Virus record (IMG/VR): IMGVR_UViG_2541047787_000006
Span: 1 to 40,878 of that record
Reading direction: 5' to 3' (one strand)
Length of the DNA: 40,878 nucleotides
Source: a virus
Lineage: Duplodnaviria > Heunggongvirae > Uroviricota > Caudoviricetes
Shown in pieces: positions 35,605 to 40,878 of this stretch. Made by a program: the position numbers and the translations under genes. The notes beneath the pieces were generated by a model. That model was not told the DNA's origin and searched no databases. It saw only the letters and a program-made list of their open reading frames with translations. The first letter of the stretch is position 1, and each line of letters starts with the position of its first letter.

Positions 35605-35626
35605 TTACCCGCCGGGTAATTTTTTT
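35605..35626 (+). promoter_or_regulatory. Perfect operator dyad TTACCCGCCGGGTAA followed by a T-run (operator and/or second terminator)
   Basis: TTACC-N5-GGTAA at 35605-35619 then seven T; dual reading possible. Confidence 0.45.
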
Positions 35627-35638
35627 AACTCATATCTA

Positions 35639-35681
35639 TTGACATCAAACCAGATACGCATAATTATTACCTCAACGGTAA
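35639..35681 (+). promoter_or_regulatory. Early rightward promoter (TTGACA-N16-TAATTA) with overlapping operator TTACCTCAACGGTAA at 35667-35681
   Basis: Consensus -35 hexamer, AT-rich -10, operator at the predicted transcription start. Confidence 0.55.
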
Positions 35682-35700
35682 CAGACCGAGGTAACAAGTT

Positions 35701-35853
35701 ATGCAGTGGAAAATCATCAACGGTTGGTACTGCGTTACTGCATGCGGATTCATGAGCTGGAAGTTCCGCACCTTACAGGAAGGCATTAAGTGGGCTTTCG
35801 TCAGCAAAGAAGCTCGCGATGTGGCCAACGATAACGAGATATGGGAGGGCTGA
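35701..35853 (+). CDS. Small 50-aa Trp/Cys-rich protein, first gene of the rightward early operon
   Basis: GAGG RBS at 35688-35691; not in the ORF track (under 60 aa); could be a small host-interaction protein. Confidence 0.3.
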   Translation: MQWKIINGWYCVTACGFMSWKFRTLQEGIKWAFVSKEARDVANDNEIWEG

Positions 35854-35855
35854 TA

Positions 35856-36155
35856 ATGAACGTTAATCAGCAGAAAAATCTTCAAAAAATCATGCTGGCA
35901 TTCGACAAGGACTACCGCCTGTCAGAACAGCTATATGACCGACAAGTTGAACTGATTGAGAGCATCCGACTTCATCAACTGTCCTCAACTTTCGACGTTG
36001 TAACAGGCAAAGGCGTTCGTCAGGAAGTGCTGGAAGCAGCTAAAGACAGCCCTGAGTTCGAAGAACTGATGGATGCCTATCGGCGCGAGGCAATGGCAAT
36101 TATCGCCCGCTGGGATCTGGCTGATCAGCTTGATGGGCAGAGGGACGCGGCATGA
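35856..36155 (+). CDS. Hypothetical protein upstream of the exonuclease gene
   Basis: GGGAGGG RBS; 99 aa helical acidic protein; position analogous to accessory genes of recombination modules. Confidence 0.45.
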   Translation: MNVNQQKNLQKIMLAFDKDYRLSEQLYDRQVELIESIRLHQLSSTFDVVTGKGVRQEVLEAAKDSPEFEELMDAYRREAMAIIARWDLADQLDGQRDAA

Positions 36156-37051
36156 TGCGGAACGCTGGAATCATGGATAGAACAAAATACATCGGAGGAA
36201 GCGATGTTGCAGGGATTCTTGGAATTAGCCCATGGCGCACCCCGCTTGAGGTTTATCTGGATAAGGTCAAGCCACGTGTCAAACCAGTAGACCCAAGCAA
36301 GCAGAAAGTTTTCACGCGTGGCCAGCGTATGGAGCCATACGTAATAGACCTGCTTTCTGAGGAAACAGGGATGGAAATCGTTCATCGCGGAAACCGCTAT
36401 ATCCACCGTGATTACGATTTTATTGCAGCTGAGATCGATGCAGAAGCAGCGTCAGGCGAGAACATTGAGATCAAAACAGTTAGTCCGTTCAAAGCCAAAG
36501 AATGGGGAGAAATCCAGACAGATGCAATTCCTGTGCATTACACGGCCCAGGCCATGCACGGGTTGATGGTTACAAACAAACAGGTATGCGTTTTCGGTGT
36601 GCTTATCGGTGGCGACGACTTCCGAATCTATCGGGTTGAGCGTGATGAAGAAACTATCCAGGCGATCTTAGAAAAAGAAATCGCTTTCTGGGACCGAGTG
36701 AAAAATCTTAACCCGCCGGAAGCTACCAGCGTAAGCGATGTATCGCTGATGTTTGAGAAAGATGCCGGGACAAGTATCGAGGCTGACGGAAAGGCACTCG
36801 CACTATTCAACGATCTACGAGACATGAAGTCACGCAGAAAATCACTGGAAGAAGAAATAGCTATATCAGAAGAGAAGCTGAAGATGTACATGCAAGAGCA
36901 CTCAGTCCTGACCCTGGACGGAAAGCCGCTCTGCACATGGAAATCTCAGATCAGCAACAGATTCGACCAGAAGCTATTCCAGTCAGTACACCCTGAGTTA
37001 TTCGAAAAATTCAAAACAACAACGACACAACGCGTCTTCAGAATGAAGTAA
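36152..37051 (+). CDS. YqaJ-like recombination exonuclease (PD-(D/E)XK)
   Basis: N-terminus YIGGSDVAGILGISPWRTPLEVY and overall pattern of YqaJ / lambda Exo-like viral recombinases; paired with recT. Confidence 0.85.
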   Translation: MMRNAGIMDRTKYIGGSDVAGILGISPWRTPLEVYLDKVKPRVKPVDPSKQKVFTRGQRMEPYVIDLLSEETGMEIVHRGNRYIHRDYDFIAAEIDAEAASGENIEIKTVSPFKAKEWGEIQTDAIPVHYTAQAMHGLMVTNKQVCVFGVLIGGDDFRIYRVERDEETIQAILEKEIAFWDRVKNLNPPEATSVSDVSLMFEKDAGTSIEADGKALALFNDLRDMKSRRKSLEEEIAISEEKLKMYMQEHSVLTLDGKPLCTWKSQISNRFDQKLFQSVHPELFEKFKTTTTQRVFRMK

Positions 37052-37060
37052 GGAGAAAAA

Positions 37061-38083
37061 ATGTCTATCAATGCACTTAAGGCAGCGGCTACCGGTAACC
37101 AAGTTGCACATCATAATGAGAAACCAACAACTCTGGCCGGACTTCTGGCAGACCCAAAAATTAAAGCTCAGATGGCTTTGGCACTTCCAAAGCACATGAC
37201 AGCAGACCGTCTGGCGCGCATAGCAACCACAGAGATCAGAAAGGTTCCAAAACTTGCATCATGCGACCAAGCCAGCTTCCTGGGGGCAATTATGCAATGT
37301 GCCCAATTGGGTCTTGAACCAGGCGGAGCTCTTGGACACGCTTACCTGATACCGTTCGACAAACGCCAGAAAGTAAATGGAAGATGGGAAACCGTATCTA
37401 CAGAAGCACAGCTGATTATCGGCTATCGCGGAATGATTGACCTTGCCCGCCGCTCTGGGCAGATCCTGAGTATCTCGGCTCGTACCGTACATACAAACGA
37501 CAAATTCAGCTACTCATACGGCCTGGAAGAAACGCTCGAGCATTTACCTTGCGAAACAGGTGACCGCGGAGAATTAACGCACGTTTACGCCGTTGCACGA
37601 CTGAAAGATGGCGGAGTCCAATTTGAAGTTATGAGCCGGGCAGACGTTGAGAAAGTTCGTGCACTGAGCAAAGCCGGTAGCAGTGGCCCATGGGTTGATC
37701 ACTTCGATGAGATGGCTAAAAAAACAGTAATTCGCCGACTGTTCAAATATCTTCCTGTTTCTATTGAAATGCAGAAGGCTGTTGTTATGGATGAGCGCGC
37801 TGAAGCTGGACTTAGCCAAGATAACGCAGCTGTTATCACTGGTGAATATTCCGTAGTTGACGATGAGCGTCAACACCTGTCGCCAATTTCAGATTCAGAA
37901 CGAGAAGAAGCTCGAGAATATATCATCGCGATACTTAATAGCCTGGATCCATCTGCTGAAGATGCAAAAACGATGTTCAAGCGCGCTGAAAATGAAATTA
38001 ACACCATGGCTGAAAAGCTCGGTGATGAATATCACCAAAAATTCATGATGACGCTTAACGATATGCGTCCAGAATTCGAGTAA
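37061..38083 (+). CDS. recT: RecT-family single-strand annealing protein
   Basis: RecT-like motifs (LGLEPGG..HAYLIPF, TVIRRLFKYLP); immediately follows the YqaJ exonuclease. Confidence 0.85.
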   Translation: MSINALKAAATGNQVAHHNEKPTTLAGLLADPKIKAQMALALPKHMTADRLARIATTEIRKVPKLASCDQASFLGAIMQCAQLGLEPGGALGHAYLIPFDKRQKVNGRWETVSTEAQLIIGYRGMIDLARRSGQILSISARTVHTNDKFSYSYGLEETLEHLPCETGDRGELTHVYAVARLKDGGVQFEVMSRADVEKVRALSKAGSSGPWVDHFDEMAKKTVIRRLFKYLPVSIEMQKAVVMDERAEAGLSQDNAAVITGEYSVVDDERQHLSPISDSEREEAREYIIAILNSLDPSAEDAKTMFKRAENEINTMAEKLGDEYHQKFMMTLNDMRPEFE

Positions 38084-38132
38084 CCACCACCGCGGCGCCA
38101 CGTGCGCCGCACTGCAACCAAGAGAGGTATTC

Positions 38133-38381
38133 ATGAAAGGTGCATTAGGTAAGAAAGAACTCCTGGCGGTGGTGCCACTGTCATGGAGCACTATCGACCG
38201 TATGGAGCGCGCAGGGGAATTTCCTAAACGCTGGTATATCACCGATAAACGCTGCGCATGGAACCGTGATGAAGTTGAGCGTTGGCTTGATGAACGTCAG
38301 GCAGCAAGCCCGGCAGAGTTCCAGGGTAAAAAACCTCCTGTTCAGCAACGTGTATATCGTCCTGTGAGCAACGCTGCATGA
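38133..38381 (+). CDS. AlpA-family HTH protein (regulator or excisionase candidate)
   Basis: LLAVVPLSWSTIDRMERAGEFPKRWYITDKRCAWNRDEVERWLDER matches the AlpA pattern. Confidence 0.65.
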   Translation: MKGALGKKELLAVVPLSWSTIDRMERAGEFPKRWYITDKRCAWNRDEVERWLDERQAASPAEFQGKKPPVQQRVYRPVSNAA

Positions 38382-38490
38382 GTGCGCTGCTAAGGCACTG
38401 GAGCAAATGGTCAGGATGGTACTTATTCCTGGCCTCTGTTTCAGCATGGCTTTATCTGCTGGCATTAATTTTCAGAGAGGGTTGGATTAA

Positions 38491-38790
38491 GTGAGAAAGT
38501 TAAGCCGACTTGAAAAATATCACATGAACAAGGTTTCAATGCGCAGTCCGTCAAAGATTGTCGCCGTTACTCCTGCGGCGATAGAGTTCGAAAAACGCGC
38601 AATTGAAAGAGAGAAAAAAGGACAGTTCCGCATTGCCGCTCACCTTTGGCTTCAGTGTATGGATGTTGCTTCTGGTGATGTTGAGCGTGCAAGGATCGCG
38701 GTTCGCAGGGACCAATGTATCACAAAAGGTAACGGCCTTCGCCGTGGCGACTATAGCGGCATAGGATGTTGCGGGGTGGTTTATGACTAA
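38491..38790 (+). CDS. Small basic protein, possibly PerC-like regulator
   Basis: 99 aa from a GTG start; weak resemblance only. Confidence 0.35.
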   Translation: MRKLSRLEKYHMNKVSMRSPSKIVAVTPAAIEFEKRAIEREKKGQFRIAAHLWLQCMDVASGDVERARIAVRRDQCITKGNGLRRGDYSGIGCCGVVYD

Positions 38791-39433
38791 GAAATACACG
38801 CTAATCTATGCGGATCCACCCTGGGTATACCGGGACAAAGCCGCAGATGGTAATCGCGGTGCCGGTTTTAAATATCCGGTTATGAGTGTGCTGGATATCT
38901 GCCGCCTTCCTGTGTGGGATTTGGCCGATGAAAACTGTCTGTTGGCCATGTGGTGGGTGCCAACACAACCACTCGAAGCACTAAAAGTTGTTGAAGCCTG
39001 GGGATTCCGTCTGATGACCATGAAGGGCTTCACGTGGATAAAATGTGGTAGTCGACAACCAGATAAACTGGTTATGGGTATGGGACACATGACTCGCGCC
39101 AATAGTGAAGATTGCCTGTTTGCGGTAAAGGGAAAACTACCTACGCGCATTAATGCAGGGATCGTTCAGTCATTTACCGCACCGCGGCTTGAGCATTCAA
39201 GAAAACCAGATATCGTTCGTGAAAAACTTGTGCAATTGTTAGGCGATGTTTCTCGCATTGAACTGTTCGCCCGCCAGTCGTCTCATGGCTTCGATGTTTG
39301 GGGTAATCAGTGCGAAGACCCGGCCGTGCAACTACACCCAGGATACGCGTTGGATATTGGCGGATTAACAAATTCATTCAGCAATGCTCCGCTGTCACCA
39401 ACAGACAACCAGGGGCGGGAGCGTGCAGCATGA
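38783..39433 (+). CDS. DNA N6-adenine methyltransferase (phage Dam / MT-A70-like)
   Basis: Catalytic DPPW motif near the N-terminus (LIYADPPWVY); 216 aa. Confidence 0.8.
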   Translation: MTKKYTLIYADPPWVYRDKAADGNRGAGFKYPVMSVLDICRLPVWDLADENCLLAMWWVPTQPLEALKVVEAWGFRLMTMKGFTWIKCGSRQPDKLVMGMGHMTRANSEDCLFAVKGKLPTRINAGIVQSFTAPRLEHSRKPDIVREKLVQLLGDVSRIELFARQSSHGFDVWGNQCEDPAVQLHPGYALDIGGLTNSFSNAPLSPTDNQGRERAA

Positions 39434-39624
39434 ACAGGGCATCACCAGCAGATTTAAGGAAATGCCTTGAAACTGCAAACATGCTTGCACACAGCGGGAT
39501 CAGGTTTGTTCCTGTTCCCGCTGTCACTGATGCTGAATTTGCAACACTGTCAGCAATATTCGCAGATAAAATTGAATCACTGGCAGCAGAAGCAGAGATG
39601 GAAGAAAATCAGCAGAACTATTAA
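39430..39624 (+). CDS. Small acidic protein convergent with the integrase
   Basis: ATGA overlap with the methyltransferase stop; 64 aa; function unknown. Confidence 0.4.
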   Translation: MNRASPADLRKCLETANMLAHSGIRFVPVPAVTDAEFATLSAIFADKIESLAAEAEMEENQQNY

Positions 39625-39627
39625 ACG

Positions 39628-40878
39628 TTATTCCCCCGCCATCCACTTCTCAAACTTCGACGGGGAGAACGGAATCAGATCCGTATGCTCCCCGTTAATC
39701 CAGGAATCAATCATATCGGCCCACTGCTGCAACATGTAGGCGCGCTGTCTGGCGTATTCCGCTTTGTTATATACGGCGCGCACACCTTTCTGCTCATGTG
39801 CCAGAGCCTTTTCAATCCAGTCTGAAGGATAACCAGCCTCATGCAACAACGTACTGGCTGTACGACGCATATCGTGTACGGTGAAGTCCTGAATATGCTC
39901 ACCATCTTCATTTATTATTTTCACCGTTCTGTCGATCAGAGAGTTCAGCGCGGCATTAGATAATGGCTTCCGGAAATTGTAACGACCAGGAACCAGATAT
40001 TCACTTCCACCAGCGCACATCTGCAACCCGACCAATATATCCTGTGCCTGTTTAGGCAGGTAAATAACGTGCGCCCGGCTTCCCTTCATGCGGTCTGAAG
40101 GAATTGTCCATGTCCATTTTTTAAAATCTATTTCATCCCACGTTGCATTGGTGAATTCGCCTTTACGAACCATAGTGATAAGCACCAGCCTTAAAGCCAT
40201 TTTCATAGTGCCCATAGCACCAATGGCATCCAGCGTACGGAAGAACAGGCCAATTTCTTCTGGTGTCAGTGTTCGCTCTCGTGGTTTAAATATGGCGATA
40301 GACGAAGGTTTAATGTCAGCCGCAGGATTAAACAAACCATGACCACGGTCATTGGCGTGACGGTATACGCTGCTGATGATCTCCCTTGCCTGTACTGCTG
40401 TTGCCCGACCACCGCGTTCGACAATCCGGTCACACAAATCACGAACCATCGATGTGGTAATTTCAGTCATCATTTTGTTGCCAAGAACTGGAAGTATGTC
40501 ACGGTCGATCACCGCCTGCTTCATTGCGCGGGTACTGTCAGCCAGGATGACGTGTTTCATATAACTGTCGGTATGTACCGTAAACGTCTCGGCACCACGA
40601 ATCTTTTTGATACCGTCACGTTTAGCCGCAGCCGGTGACTGGCCTGCTTTAAGCAGCTTCTTTGCAGCAATCAGTTCTTCTCGCGCTTCTGCCAGGCTGA
40701 TACCGTCACGCCCATACTGCCCGATTACCAGTGTTTCGCGGCGACCGTTGATACGGTAGTCATAGCGAAACGAGACCGTGCCTGACGTAAGCACAGCTAC
40801 ATACAGCCCGTCACGATCGGAGACCTTGTACAGTTTGTCCTGCGGCTTGAGGTTTTTTAATTTTGTATCGGTAAGCAC
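39628..40878 (-). CDS. int: Tyrosine integrase, P4-type; N-terminus truncated by the window edge
   Basis: N-terminal LTDTKLKNLKP arm-binding signature; C-terminal catalytic region with HDMRRTA and the tyrosine-containing segment VRAVYNKAEY; ORF runs to the last base of the window. Confidence 0.85.
   Translation of the reverse strand: MLTDTKLKNLKPQDKLYKVSDRDGLYVAVLTSGTVSFRYDYRINGRRETLVIGQYGRDGISLAEAREELIAAKKLLKAGQSPAAAKRDGIKKIRGAETFTVHTDSYMKHVILADSTRAMKQAVIDRDILPVLGNKMMTEITTSMVRDLCDRIVERGGRATAVQAREIISSVYRHANDRGHGLFNPAADIKPSSIAIFKPRERTLTPEEIGLFFRTLDAIGAMGTMKMALRLVLITMVRKGEFTNATWDEIDFKKWTWTIPSDRMKGSRAHVIYLPKQAQDILVGLQMCAGGSEYLVPGRYNFRKPLSNAALNSLIDRTVKIINEDGEHIQDFTVHDMRRTASTLLHEAGYPSDWIEKALAHEQKGVRAVYNKAEYARQRAYMLQQWADMIDSWINGEHTDLIPFSPSKFEKWMAGE

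Larger units (their letters stand above)
1144..40878. mobile_element. Integrated prophage, podovirus-type virion module with lambdoid-like early region; left boundary approximate, right end beyond window
   Basis: Contiguous phage gene content from the lysis cassette (1291) to the integrase at the window edge; host-like genes only at 1-1071; att sites not identifiable inside the window. Confidence 0.85.

Noticed and set aside
1-40878. CRISPR arrays, insertion sequences, transposases and rRNA genes
   Set aside because: No spacer-repeat arrays, terminal inverted repeats with transposase ORFs, or rRNA-like sequence were seen anywhere in the window

Overview
Enterobacterial chromosome segment: two host genes at the left (1-1071, a lipoprotein and a secreted coiled-coil protein), then from about 1.15 kb to the window end an integrated prophage of about 39.7 kb whose right end lies beyond the window. 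All calls are from reading the sequence and ORF translations by eye; no database search was run. The virion module follows T7-like podovirus order on the minus strand (small and large terminase, portal, scaffold, capsid, tubular proteins A and B, internal core proteins including an SLT transglycosylase, tailspike with an SGNH esterase domain), followed by a lysis cassette (holin, GH19 endolysin, Rz/Rz1). The early region is lambdoid: a Cro-like gene divergent from a tandem-HTH repressor that has no peptidase domain, lambda O/P-like replication genes with iterons inside O, YqaJ exonuclease plus RecT, a DPPW adenine methyltransferase, an AlpA-like protein and a P4-type integrase (partial at the edge). 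A tRNA-Arg(UCU) sits between the large terminase and portal genes. The main candidate for something new is an AT-rich cargo island (about 5.5-9.7 kb) between the core proteins and the tailspike. It holds two paralogous YafO-like toxin-domain genes, each overlapped by an unusual upstream partner gene, flanking an AntA-type antirepressor, plus an SOS-box-controlled small antirepressor-domain gene and two secreted proteins. A 15-bp palindrome TTACC-N5-GGTAA occurs three times in the cro/repressor intergenic region and again at promoters of the cargo, antirepressor, early and replication units, suggesting a prophage-wide repressor regulon.
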